Part shown: positions 18,071-28,525 of the stretch, in pieces
Layout: each line of letters starts with the position of its first letter
How positions within the stretch are numbered: position 1 is the first letter of the stretch
Program-made: the position numbers and the translations under genes
The notes under the pieces: model-generated
What the model was told of the DNA's origin: nothing
The model's database searches: none
What the model saw: only the letters and a program-made list of their open reading frames with translations
From: Candidatus Kuenenia stuttgartensis
GTDB taxonomy: Bacteria; Planctomycetota; Brocadiia; Brocadiales; Brocadiaceae
Direction: 5' to 3'
Assembly: GCF_900232105.1 (NCBI RefSeq)
Contig: NZ_LT934425.1
Span: 600,001 to 632,000 of the forward strand
DNA length: 32,000 nt

Positions 18071-20133
18071 AGCTTCACAACCCCTACCGAATCAATCATT
18101 ACGCCGGGAGAAATTTCCTTATACGACATACTGCCAACTGCGGCAGCGCATTTTTCATAAGCCGGCGAACATGGCTTCTCACGGATGATGAAGTTAACAA
18201 GACAACCTCATAGCCGGAAGTAAGTGAACCTCTTACTATTTCTGCTAATTTATCAATTACTTTATGTGCCATATTCGGGTCCAGTGCCAGCAGATTTCCC
18301 TTTTCTGCTTATGAATTGCGTTTGCTATGGTTTGTTCCAGATGGGGGTCGAAAGAGATCACACCTATCTTGCCTTCGGTATTCTGATATCTTTTACATAT
18401 TGTCCTGGAGAGTCTTTGCCTTACGTATTCGGTCAATTGTTCATATCCTTTGTTGCCGGAGCGTAATCAGCTATTGTTTCAAGAATGGATGAAAGATCCC
18501 GGATAGGCACTTTTCCTTTAAAAGATTTTTAAGAATCTCCTGGATACTGCCAAGGAAATTATATTTGGCGCTAGCTCTTCCACAATAGTCGGATAATCCT
18601 TCTTCACCTTTCTAATAGTTTTTGTACGCTTCACGACAAAGGATCTCGTATGCATGTGTTTTTATAATCGGTTAAATGTGTTATCATCACGGATGCGGGA
18701 TCAACTACCGTATATCCCAAAGCTTCGGCGTCTTCCTTTACCGCATCGGTAATCCAAAGGGCGGGAAGCCGTATGCAGGGTCTAATGTTTCTATGCCATT
18801 CACTTTCTGGGTAACTGCTCCGGAGTCTATTGCAAGATAACTGCCCGTCAGCAATTCTCCGTGTGCCATTTTCTGTCCTCTTATTTTTACCACGTACTTA
18901 TTGTCTCCAGTTGCAAATTATCCCTTACCCTGATAGGCGGAACGATCATCCCCAATCTTTTGCAATTTGCATACGCAAGGTATTTATTCTCTCAAGAATA
19001 CCGCCATTTTATTCGGATCAACCAGCGGTACCAGTTTATAGCCGACTTCAAGCTCCATCCGGTCAACACGCAACATGCCTTCAACATCTCTCCTCTTTCG
19101 GTTCCCGCGCCATGCCTTCAGTCTCTTTTACAAGCGCTTCCGCCAGTTCTGTCTCCTTAGAAGACCTTCTGAGAACAAAGAACATCATCCAGAAGAAGCC
19201 GGCAAGAACCAAAAACGGTATTTTTGGTAATCCCGGTACAATGCTAAACAGCGTAAGAATTCCTCCCGCAAAAGCAATGGCATTAGGTTGGCTAAATAAC
19301 TGTCCGTAACATCCGTTCCCAGATTCCACCGGTGGCGGAAGTCTTGGTGACAATGACCGCAGACGCCGTGGCAATAATAAATGAAGGAATTTGGGAGACA
19401 AGGCCATCCCCAACTGTCAAAAGAGTATAATGCTGCATTGCCTCGGAAACAGACATTCCACTCCGCAACCCATAACAATGCCGCCAATAATGTTTATGAG
19501 TACAATTATTATGCCGGCAACCGCATCGCCACTGACAAATTTGCCGGCGCCATCCATTGCACCATAAAACTCTGCTTCCCTGGAAAGCTTTTCCCTTCGT
19601 TCACGTGCCTCTTTTTCTGTGATGAGTCCCGCATTTAAGTCCGCATCAATACTCATCTGCTTCCCTGGCATTGCATCAAGAGTAAACCTTGCAGCCACTT
19701 CCCCGATTCTCGTTGCGCCTTTTGTTAGACAATAAACTGTATTACAACTATAATTAAGAAAACAACCAACCCCACAAGCAATTGCCGCCGACAACAAAAT
19801 CTCCAAATGCGCCAATCACCTTTCCACCGTAACCCTGCAATAATATCTGCCGGGTAGAAGCCACGTTGAGCGCCAGGCGAAAAAGCGTCATAAACAGCAA
19901 TATAGAAGGAAAGACGATAAATCTAATGCTCCTTTTATATGAAAGAAAACCAGCAGCAACAAAAGAACCAATGAGATATTTGTCCGAACAAGCAAATCAA
20001 TAATAAAAGGCGGCACAGGTATAATAAGCACGATAAAAATACTTATCACACCAATAATTAACGCCATATCTCCTTTAAAAAGATATTTAAAAAAGGCATT
20101 TTTCCCTTGAGAATTTAATTTATCTGCTGCCAT
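18067..20133 (-). pseudogene. flhA: flhA remnant (flagellar export gate), multiple frameshifts
   Basis: N-terminus [47 protein letters not shown] (19888-20133); middle [69 protein letters not shown] (19417-19815); C-terminus SYNEISPGVMIDSVGVVKL* near 18067. Confidence 0.9.
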
Positions 20134-20208
20134 GATTTATATTGTCACTTTTCATTAAAAAAATATTTTAGAATTTTCATCACTATTGCCTCTGTCTGTT
20201 TTCTCCAT

Positions 20209-21250
20209 TTACTTCTTTAATCCGTACACATAAGACAATACCTTTGCAACTGCATAGTACAATTTTTGCGGTATTTCTTTGCCTACGTCCACTGTTTTGT
20301 ACAATGTCCTTGCAAGCGACCGTTCTTCAACAATGGGAATTTTATTTATTTTTGCAATTTCTTTTATTTTCAGGGCAATATAATCCGCTCCCTTTGCAAC
20401 AACTTTGGGCGCATGCATTGATTTACGGTCGTATTTCAATGCTACGGCGTAATGCGTTGGATTCGTTACGACAACATCGCTTTTTGGATCGCGGAAGCCA
20501 TACGTTTCAACGCCATCTGAATCTGCGCAGACCTGATTTTTGACTTTATTACCGGATCACCCTCCGCTTGCTTCCTTTCATCCTTCACCCTTTTTTAGAC
20601 ATTTTCATGCCGCGTTTGTATTGCCATTTTTGATAGATATAATCTACCATTGCCAGGATCACGAGCGCTATCGATACACGCATTACCAGTCCGAATGTCA
20701 GTTCGTGGTAAGAATAAAAAAATTGCAATGCCTATGTCTATCAGGTTATCCAGTTTGGCAAGCTCTTTTGATGTAAAGGATGCCGATACCGCCAATTAAC
20801 AGAAGCTTTACAACGGAAAATAAAAGTTTTACAAAGGATTGAACATTAAAGAGTTTTTTACGCCGCTTATCACATTGAGTTTGTTTAAGTCAGGCTTTAA
20901 CGGCTAAGGTAAACAAGAGACCGGTCTGCATATATGAAACGATCAATCCGACAATCAATAATCTCCCCAGGATAGGGAGCAAAATTTTCGCGCTTACATA
21001 GATGTAATAAATAATCTTTTCTACAATAATGTCCGGGGTAATATCCTTCTGTGATAAGTTCTGAAGGGTAAAAACGGTTATCTCTTTCATACCCGCATAC
21101 ATAATATACCCAATGCATATAACAGTAAAAAACCTACCAGGATAGCAATCGCACTGCTTAGGTCGGGACTTTGGGCTACGCTTCCTTTTTGGCGCGCCTC
21201 GCTTATACGTTTGCGCGTGGGTTGTTCAGTCTTTTCCGTATCAGCCATTT
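20209..21250 (-). pseudogene. flhB: flhB remnant, frameshifted
   Basis: Start MADTEKTEQPTRKRISEARQKGS at 21250, C-terminus [71 protein letters not shown] including the NPTH autocleavage motif. Confidence 0.9.
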
Positions 21251-22038
21251 TCCCTCACATTGCCGATAGCAACGACATCAATCCCTTTTCAAAACCAAAG
21301 ATATACATCCTCATTGCGCCAATCATGAGTGGAAACGAGACAAAAACCACAATGAAGCCGATTATTATTTTTATTGGGTATGCAATAACAAATATATTAA
21401 TTTCCTTCGCACACTCGCCATCAACGCCATTGCAACGACCGACAACATCAAGACAACAAAGGCGGGATGGAATTTTAATCCCTATTACGAAAAGCGTTCT
21501 AAAGAGACTGAGTATTTTTGTTAGTATTGCCGTTGTATAATCAAAGCTGCAATGGGTACAGCATGGAAGCTTTGCGCAATTGCATTTATAAAATAGTGGT
21601 GGCCATCAATTGCCAGCAATAGCAATATGGCTATCAAATTGTAAAATACGGAAACGGTTGGCTTTCATCTCCGCTCAGGGATGAAGGGTCGGCGATAACC
21701 GCCATATCCAGTCCCATTTGGTTACTTAACAAATACCCGGCCATACTAAACGCAGCAAACAGTATTGACGCTGCAAATCCAACAATAGCGCCAATAGCAA
21801 TCTCTTTTACAACAATTAAACCAAAGGGGATAAGCTCTGAAGGCAATTCATGCAGATTTTTATCCAGATTGGGATAAAGAATAAATGCCAGTATCAGGGC
21901 AATAGCAATACGCAGGAGCATTGGTATATGGGTATTGCTAAAGACCGGGGCGAAAAGGAGTATCCCGCCTACACGAAAAAACACCAGCATTAAAAAGGGC
22001 AGGTCGTTAATGAAATCGAACAAAATTTCCATAAGCAC
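21250..22038 (-). pseudogene. fliR: fliR remnant, N-terminal 134 aa open then frameshifted
   Basis: LPFLMLVFFRVGGILLFAPVFSNTHIPMLLRIAIALILAFILYPNL...LIVVKEIAIGAIVGFAASILFAAFSMAGYLLSNQMGLDMAVIADP. The 3' boundary is approximate. Confidence 0.85.
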
Positions 22039-22043
22039 CTAAC

Positions 22044-22076
22044 CTGGCCTAGCCAGAACCAAACAAGCGCGAAAAT
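22044..22076 (+). repeat. Block A dispersed repeat, short copy
   Basis: CTGGCCTAGCCAGAACCAAACAAGCGCGAAAA. Confidence 0.7.
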
Positions 22077-22128
22077 AGTCCTCAGTCCTCAATCTGCAAT
22101 TTGCCGATTGCCGACTGCGGAAGGGGTC

Positions 22129-22173
22129 ATTAAATATTTTGCCAAAAAATGTAAAGAATTACTGATAAGGACT
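22129..22173 (+). repeat. Block D dispersed repeat overlapping the fliQ stop
   Basis: ATTAAATATTTTGCCAAAAAATGTAAAGAATTACTGATAAGGACTA. Confidence 0.85.
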
Positions 22174-22444
22174 ACTTACTGTATTTTGCCAGTCACCCAA
22201 CAGGTTTACCGTGTATGACGTCATAATCCGCAGCATCCACGGCAAACAAAATAAGAACATCCCCAAAACGGCAAACACTTTCGGCAGAAACGTCAGTGTT
22301 TGTTCATGAATACTCGAAACAGCCTGGAATATACCGATAGCTAGTCCAACTATCATTGCAACCCCAAGCAGGGGCGCCATCATAAGAAAGGTAGTTTGCA
22401 AAAAACTTTTCCAATAGTGGTATTACTTCCGGATCATATCATAT
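22159..22444 (-). pseudogene. fliQ: fliQ remnant, frameshift near the N-terminus
   Basis: 80-aa open part QTTFLMMAPLLGVAMIVGLAIGIFQAVSSIHEQTLTFLPKVFAVLGMFLFCLPWMLRIMTSYTVNLLGDW; missing N-terminal piece DPEVIPLLEK is in another frame just upstream. Confidence 0.85.
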
Positions 22445-22464
22445 CCTTCAATATATAATTCCTA

Positions 22465-22562
22465 AGCCGGCATAGCCAGAACCAAACAAGCACGAGATAA
22501 AAAATACGAAGCACAAAATAATAAACAAATTCAAAAACACAAAATCCCAATGAAAAAAACCG
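22465..22562 (+). repeat. Block A dispersed repeat, long copy
   Basis: AAGCCGGCATAGCCAGAACCAAACAAGCACGAGATAAAAAATACGAAGCAC...AAATTCAAAAACACAAAATCCCAATGAAAAAAACCGT, near-identical to 24761-24850. Confidence 0.9.
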
Positions 22563-22631
22563 TAACACTTTAGCATTTTAGCATGGGTGCATTCCCGATT
22601 ATTTGAAGCGTTCATGGAGTCGGGGCAAAAC

Positions 22632-22663
22632 AACCCTGACAGGTTTGAAACCCTGTCAGGGTT
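22632..22663. repeat. Perfect 12-bp-stem hairpin AACCCTGACAGG-TTTGAAAC-CCTGTCAGGGTT
   Basis: Direct reading. It lies inside a larger inverted pair of TTTAGCATTTT/GGGTGCATTCCCGATT sequences (22568-22600 and 22707-22740). Confidence 0.85.
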
Positions 22664-22754
22664 AACACTACTGCAACTTTCATTAAAACATGGCGGAAAT
22701 CACAAAAAATCGGGAATACACCCCTTTAGCATTTTGAAAAACGTATTCCCTATA

Positions 22755-22866
22755 AGCTCCGTAGGAGCAACCTGTTGTAGCAAGATAAGATGCCATAACA
22801 GATATTAGCTCCGTCAGGAGCGACCTGTTTCCCTGTCAATTCTATACAGGCCGCTCCTACGTAGCT
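22755..22866. repeat. Cluster of three REP-like GCTCC...GGAGC motifs
   Basis: AGCTCCGTAGGAGCAACCTGTT; TTAGCTCCGTCAGGAGCGACCTGTTT; inverted ACAGGCCGCTCCTACGTAGCT. Confidence 0.8.
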
Positions 22867-23041
22867 ATTTACCCTGTGAATTTTATTGTGCTACAAACAG
22901 ATCGCCACAACGGGGTTACATTGTTTTTAATGTCCCCCTAAATTTTCAAAGAACTAACGTGTTACAAAAAACCGGGTTTTGAATATTTGCCAGTTTGGAC
23001 ATGAACGCATTTACACCAAATTCATGACAAATGCTTCGCCC

Positions 23042-23978
23042 CTACGCTATACTTGTGATCAAAGACTGGATGATTAATTGCCAGCCACAACCAGAACAAA
23101 GAGAATTAATTTAAATGGCATTGAAATCATAACCGGCGGCAGCATAAACATACCATGGACGTTAATACGCAGGCGACCACCAGATCGATTACAAGAAAAG
23201 GCAGAAACAAAAGAAACCCCATCTGAAAAAAGTCTTCAGTTCACTGGTGACAAATGCAGGAATTAATATATGCATAGGAATGTCACTCGCTGAAAAGGGT
23301 TTCTCTACTTTTGCAATGTTTGAAAACAATGCAATATCTTTTTTCCGCGTCTGTTTCAGCATGAATTTACGAACAGGCTCAATCCCCTTTTCAAAGCCTC
23401 ATCCTGCGTAATTTCCTCTTTAATATACGGTTGTAATGCGTCTGAATTGATTGCGGTCCAAACGGGAGTCATAACAAAAAACGTTAAAAAGAGAGCTATG
23501 CCGATAAGAATTTGATTCGGAGGAAGTGTATGAAACGACAAAGCCTTTCTCACAAAAGACAAGACAATAATAATCCTGGTAAATGAAGTCATCGCCAGCA
23601 AAAGGCCGGGCAATAAAGTAAGCCCCTGTTAAAAAAAAGACTATCTTTAACACTCTGCCATTTCCTTTGGGTTTTTTACACTATCCAGGCTCATCGTTAG
23701 TTTCAGCGGAGAATCTGTCTCGCGGCAGCTCTGCAGTCCCTAAAAAACCCAGCAACGCCATTATTCCGCCAAAAATTAAAAAACCCGTCCATTTTTCAAA
23801 GTGTTTTCCCCGGAACAGCAATTCTATTTTCCATGCCAGTGAGAGTCCAGTGAGAGTTAAATTAGGTTGGGTTTTAAAAGACAAAGACCCAACGGCATTC
23901 ATTTTTACCCACCCCTCAACCCCTCCCAAGAGGGGACTTATCAAATTCCCCTCTGGGAGGGGCAGGGTGGGCCTGTTC
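23042..23978 (-). pseudogene. fliP: fliP remnant, frameshifted
   Basis: SLDSVKNPKEMAE...MTSFTRIIIVLSFVRKALSFHTLPPNQILIGIALFLTFFVMTPVWTAINSDALQPYIKEEITQDEALKRG (23356-23613) and C-terminus MISMPFKLILFVLVDGWQLIIQSLITSIA* ending at 23042. The N-terminal boundary is uncertain. Confidence 0.88.
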
Positions 23979-24011
23979 ATTGGTTAACTAAAAATATTTA
24001 AATTCCTATAC

Positions 24012-24473
24012 TTAAGTTATTTTAAAAAACTTCGTATATTCACTGCCTCTGTCCTCTGTATCAATTGAATCAACAATCTCTTTTTCCGTAATTTCTGTAA
24101 GAGTTTGCATTTTTTCATTTGAAGCGCCTACAAGCAATAATTTCCCCGGTACTTAATGAAATAAATATGCCTCTTTGCGCCCAGTGAAGTGTTTCTATGA
24201 TTGAAATATAGCGCTTTTTTTTATGAATACCTGTTTTAATCCCAAGTTTCTTGCGTAAAAAACATCATGACGACAATGATAATAATTACAATGCCTAATG
24301 ATTTTATTACTTTTGTAACTTTGTGAAAATTAATCGGGGAGGTAACCCAATGCCTTCATCTTTTACGGCAACCTCTTCTTGTCCTTCTCCGGAATCAACG
24401 GCATCCCCGGCAGCGTAAGTGGTATTGCCTAAGAAAAACAATAAAAAAATACAATGAGTAAATGTCTGTTCAT
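24012..24473 (-). pseudogene. fliO: fliO remnant, frameshifted
   Basis: Start MNRHLLIVFF at 24473 then frameshift; fragments AAGDAVDSGEGQEEVAVKDEGIG, IKSLGIVIIIIVV-like TM, KKRYISIIETLHLGAKRHIYFIKVPGKLLLVGASNEKMQTLTEI. Confidence 0.75.
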
Positions 24474-24519
24474 TAAATATTTTGACAAAAATTAAAAGAA
24501 ATTACTGATAAGGTACTAT
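24472..24519 (+). repeat. Block D dispersed repeat overlapping the fliO start codon
   Basis: ATTAAATATTTTGACAAAAATTAAAAGAAATTACTGATAAGGTACTA. Confidence 0.85.
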
Positions 24520-24760
24520 TACGTCACAAACATTCGCAAACAATATGCCTTAAGCCTATTTACCAATGTATCGCATTATTAACGGTGGTAAAAGAATGGA
24601 TAAGTGCATGCCTTAATAAGATAGCAACTTACGCTTTAAAAAAATAATCCATTTTACATAAATAATTCTATGTCATAAATATACATCACCATTACACCGG
24701 CGATTAAATCGTAGTTTTTTTCTACGTAAAGTAGTGTTTTTATACACATTTAAATGCATA

Positions 24761-24850
24761 AGCCGGCATAGCCAGAACCAAACAGACATGAAACGAAAAA
24801 TACGAAATTCGAAACAATTCAAAAATACAAAATCCCAATGAAAAAAACCG
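24761..24850 (+). repeat. Block A dispersed repeat, long copy
   Basis: AAGCCGGCATAGCCAGAACCAAACAGACATGAAACGAAAAATACGAAATTCGAAACAATTCAAAAATACAAAATCCCAATGAAAAAAACCGT. Confidence 0.9.
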
Positions 24851-25215
24851 TATTAGTTTAGTTTTTTGAAAATACAGGGTGGATTAAAAACGAAGTGTAG
24901 GGTGGATTGGAAAGATGGACGATAGACGAGGGAAGACAACGAAAAGAGCGAGTATAAACGTTGTGGTTCAGGCTTCGTCGTGATCTCAGCCGAACGGTTA
25001 CAAACCTGAACCAACGGAGGAGGTTGAATTAAAGTCAATTTGTTTAGTCATTGGTCAATTGCAGGAACACGGTGTCCGCGTCACTACAAATTCTTTAACT
25101 GTGTAATCTGTGAAATCTGGTGGTCCCGCCTTTCGTATTTCATGGTTGTTTTATTTTTATAAATTGCAAAAGAATTTTCGTTATGATGCTGTAGTCATGT
25201 GCTAGCCAAGATTTC

Positions 25216-25556
25216 TCACTCTATCCTGTGGGCCACATATGCTGTAATTTTTAAACAAAACGTTCTTCCACTACTACCACCTCTCCTCTTGCCAATAATT
25301 TTCACGGACTAATAATTCAACCGGAGTGCAGCACTTTTTCAAGTTCAACAATTGAACCCTGAGACAAAGCAAGAATATCCTTAATAAGCATATTCGCGCG
25401 TCCCAATTCTACGGATACAGGGACAGTCACATCTAAAATTAAATCTAATATCGGCATGCTTCGCCGCCTTTTGACTATCCATTTCTTCCGGAATTAATTG
25501 GCTAAATTCTACAGATTCTATGGTGGGCTGTGCATCATCTTCTGCTCTGTACTCAT
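25216..25556 (-). pseudogene. fliN: fliN remnant with at least four small indels
   Basis: AAAGAGGTG upstream of start MSTEQK at 25556; MPILDLILDVTVPVSVELGRANMLIKDILALSQGSIVELEK; then in other frames ELLVREK, LLARGEVVVVEERFG, LKITAYVAHRIE*. Confidence 0.9.
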
Positions 25557-25566
25557 ATTCACCTCT

Positions 25567-26523
25567 TTAAATAAAAACCAATACCACTATAACGAAACGG
25601 ATGTTTTTTATCGCGAGTTTTTTGCCAGAAACCCCTGGCGTTCCAAAAAACTTCGGCACTTCATCTATTTCCAAACTTAAATGGTCCGTAATCTTATTAT
25701 CAAGACTTATCACATCCCCTACTCTGAGATTGATAAGTTCGTTAAATGATAACTGTGTTGTACCCAATATTGTGTTCACTAATAAAGGGACTTGATTGAG
25801 CGTTTGCTTTATTATGACAATCTCTTCTTCCCGATTAAGGGTTGCCTCCGTTATTTTTCCCATAACTGCTTCTAAAGTTGCAACAGGAAGACAAAAAACA
25901 AGCGTACCGGTGCCCAATTCACCACTAATCGCAAAATTTATGGCAATCATACTTCCGTGTTATGCGCCACTTGTAACGACCGCAAGTCCATGTCTGTTTT
26001 TGCAATTTGCCACTCTATCTCTGCAACATCATTCCAGCAAAGACACATCGAATGGAGTACATTTGACAACACTTGTGAAACCACAGATTCTCGATAATAG
26101 TAAGAGGTCTTATTTTCTGCTGTATTTTCCCGGGTCCGCCTAATCCACGATCTATCATAGCAAGGCAAAACCCCGCATCCAGGGTTAAACAACCCTTTCC
26201 CTGTACGCGTAGGTCAACAACACTTGCACATAACAAGATCCGTAAAAGAATTGAGAAATAATTCATAACAAATTCCTCTATCGCGATAAGTTCAACACCA
26301 ACGGTGGTCCTTACATATGAGAAAAAGTCAAACCCATGTTAACCGCCATGTTCTCACTAATTTTTTGCAGTTGTCGTTTTTGCTCCCGCGGAAACCTGTC
26401 TGGTCTTCTGAAATCGTAATGCTGAACCTTTTTTACCACTTTTGTTCAATTGAGTACCTGTCCGCTCTCTATCGCATTGAGCAGGGCATCAACTTCTTCA
26501 TTGGATAAAATAGCATCTGACAT
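25567..26523 (-). pseudogene. fliM: fliM remnant, frameshifted
   Basis: Start MSDAILSNEEVDALLNAIESGQV at 26523 then stop/frameshift, VQHYDFRRPDRFPREQKRQLQKISENMAVN, C-terminus NQVPLLVNTILGTTQLSFNELINLRVGDVISLDNKITDHLSLEIDEVPKFFGTPGVSGKKLAIK (25567-25950). Confidence 0.9.
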
Positions 26524-26571
26524 AGCGTATTACCTGAATAAATGGTTACAATAATTTTCTGTAATTATGCT

Positions 26572-27147
26572 TTATTGAACAACAAAATCTTCAAAATAGA
26601 CCTGTAAAACAGCTTTTTCCATATTCAATATCACATCAACGGAATCTTTTATTTCACGCTTAATGTATTCCCGACCCTCTACAGAATCAATATCATCTAT
26701 GGTCTTTGAGGAAAGAATGGAAATAAGCCTGTCTTTTACCTGTATTGTTCTGGTTTCTAACTTACCTCTTGCCTCTTCATTGCGTACTTCCAAAATTACC
26801 TTTGCCTTGAGATACCTTCTTAAATTAGACCCGCTAAGATTCACAACAATTGTATCTATTGTCACAATAATAGGGCCTTGCGGCAAAGGTTCCTTGGGAT
26901 CTTTATCTGACTTCAATGGGATTTCATCGCTATATTTCGTTATTTCCCCTATGCGGCCTTGCAATTCTTCGGTTATCACGTTGACCGGTATTTCAGCTCC
27001 TGTTGATATATTCGCGCCGAAATACATGCCTGCCATAAAAAACATATTAGTTGCAAATACAATAACTTTACCACGTATTCCCCCGATATTCATATGCACC
27101 TTCTTTTTTTGAAATGCGTCTTTTTTTCTCATAAACCCCCGCTTCAA
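26572..27147 (-). CDS. fliL: Flagellar basal body-associated protein FliL
   Basis: 191 aa; IDTIVVNLSGSNLRRYLKAKVILEV...ILSSKTIDDIDSVEGREYIKREIKDSVD...VLQVYFEDFVVQ. Confidence 0.85.
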   Translation of the reverse strand: MKRGFMRKKDAFQKKKVHMNIGGIRGKVIVFATNMFFMAGMYFGANISTGAEIPVNVITEELQGRIGEITKYSDEIPLKSDKDPKEPLPQGPIIVTIDTIVVNLSGSNLRRYLKAKVILEVRNEEARGKLETRTIQVKDRLISILSSKTIDDIDSVEGREYIKREIKDSVDVILNMEKAVLQVYFEDFVVQ

Positions 27148-27205
27148 TAAATATTAAAATGTTTTATCACTTTATTAAAATAAATGCAGAAAAAAACCAC
27201 CGTCA

Positions 27206-27931
27206 CTATTGGTTTCCACTGCTCCGTACACCATCTTCAAGCAATTTCAGCTTTTCGCTAAGCTTTACCGCAAGAAACGGAGTAACAGATTCCAATATTT
27301 TTGCAGATGTTTTTTTATCCATCATTGTTAGCAGTTTTACCGCGGTCTCTTCGTCCATTTCCTTTAAAATCATGGCAGCCTTTTGAGGTTTCATTCCCCC
27401 GTAAACCTCGGCCAGCTTCTTGATATTCTTTAATTCGAGATCATCAAATTGAATAGTCTCCTTCTTTAATTCCTGCATTCTTGCGGTTATCAACTCAAAC
27501 GCCTTATTCAACTCTTCCCTGAGTGTTTCAATTTCATATCTCTCTTTTTTAAGGTCGGCGCGTAGTGATTCAAGCATTTTTTCCCTAAGATCCAGGAGTT
27601 CCTTCTTCTTCTTGTATTCGTGTTTTTCTTCTGTTATTTCATTTATCATCTTTGAGACTTCGCTTGATGACAAGGGTTTAAACACCTTTGCTGCATTCGA
27701 TTTATAGACGGAAGGCAGCTTGCTCGCATACAAATTCTTTGCTTCTTTACCTTCTCCACCTACAGTATCCGCCGCTGACGTATCTATATTTTCCGGAGAT
27801 AATTCCTGCGCTTCCGGTTCCGGTGCAGGAGCTTTCCCTTTCATAAAAAGAAACCAATATGCGGCTCCTCCCAGAACGATCATCCCCACTCCGGCCATCA
27901 TCAGCATTTTTTTGTTAATCGGGAGCTTCAT
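27206..27931 (-). CDS. MotE/MgtE-N-domain-like flagellar accessory protein
   Basis: 241 aa; N-terminal TM, coiled coil, then KKLAEVYGGMKPQKAAMILKEMDEETAVKLLTMMDKKTSAKILESVTP (MgtE_N-like repeat); located directly after fliJ. Confidence 0.8.
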   Translation of the reverse strand: MKLPINKKMLMMAGVGMIVLGGAAYWFLFMKGKAPAPEPEAQELSPENIDTSAADTVGGEGKEAKNLYASKLPSVYKSNAAKVFKPLSSSEVSKMINEITEEKHEYKKKKELLDLREKMLESLRADLKKERYEIETLREELNKAFELITARMQELKKETIQFDDLELKNIKKLAEVYGGMKPQKAAMILKEMDEETAVKLLTMMDKKTSAKILESVTPFLAVKLSEKLKLLEDGVRSSGNQ

Positions 27932-27952
27932 AGTATAATCTCCATAAATTGA

Positions 27953-28417
27953 TTATTCCAATACATCCTTTTCCCTGATGTGTTTGTGATAAAACCGGGA
28001 GGTTGCTATCTCGTCCAGTTTTTTAATTTCAAGGCGTTTCTCCTGATCGTCGAATTCCTTTTTATGCCTTTCCCTTAGTTTTTCCAACAACTTTCTTTTT
28101 TTAAAAACATGTAATAATTTTTGCCTTACATGATCTATCTCTTCAGAAATCTTTTTTATTTTTGATTGTTGGACAATAATATCACGATTAAGACTGGCAA
28201 AATACGACTCAAACAAAACAAATGTCGACGCATCCGCAAACGTCTGCAACATCTCTGTCATTTCAATCTGCCTTGTTTCAAGCAAAGATTTTAGTAATAA
28301 CTCCATCTTCTTTTCTTCATGGAGTTTTTTTTGCGCAGTTTTTAACTCTTTGGAAATCTCTTCTTCTTTAAATTTTTCAATATCAAGTAATTTTTGGAAT
28401 TTAAAACGAAATTTCAT
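27953..28417 (-). CDS. fliJ: Flagellar export chaperone FliJ
   Basis: Coiled-coil protein MKFRFKFQKLLDIEKFKEEEISKELKTAQKKLHEEKK; likely start ATG at 28417 rather than 28456. Confidence 0.82.
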   Translation of the reverse strand: MKFRFKFQKLLDIEKFKEEEISKELKTAQKKLHEEKKMELLLKSLLETRQIEMTEMLQTFADASTFVLFESYFASLNRDIIVQQSKIKKISEEIDHVRQKLLHVFKKRKLLEKLRERHKKEFDDQEKRLEIKKLDEIATSRFYHKHIREKDVLE

Positions 28418-28525
28418 AGCGCAACAAAGCCGAAACCAAAAAGATGTTAACTGCAAAGAGCGCAGTTATGTAGGGTGGATTAAGGCGTTGGTTTTTACGC
28501 CGAATCCACCAATAATACCGTGACC

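Noticed and set aside
28471-28510. TGTAGGGTGGATTAAGGCG...CGCCGAATCCACC palindrome between fliJ and fliI
   Set aside because: Common-looking dispersed palindrome with a partial match at 24870-24912; does not disrupt genes and I could not assign a function.
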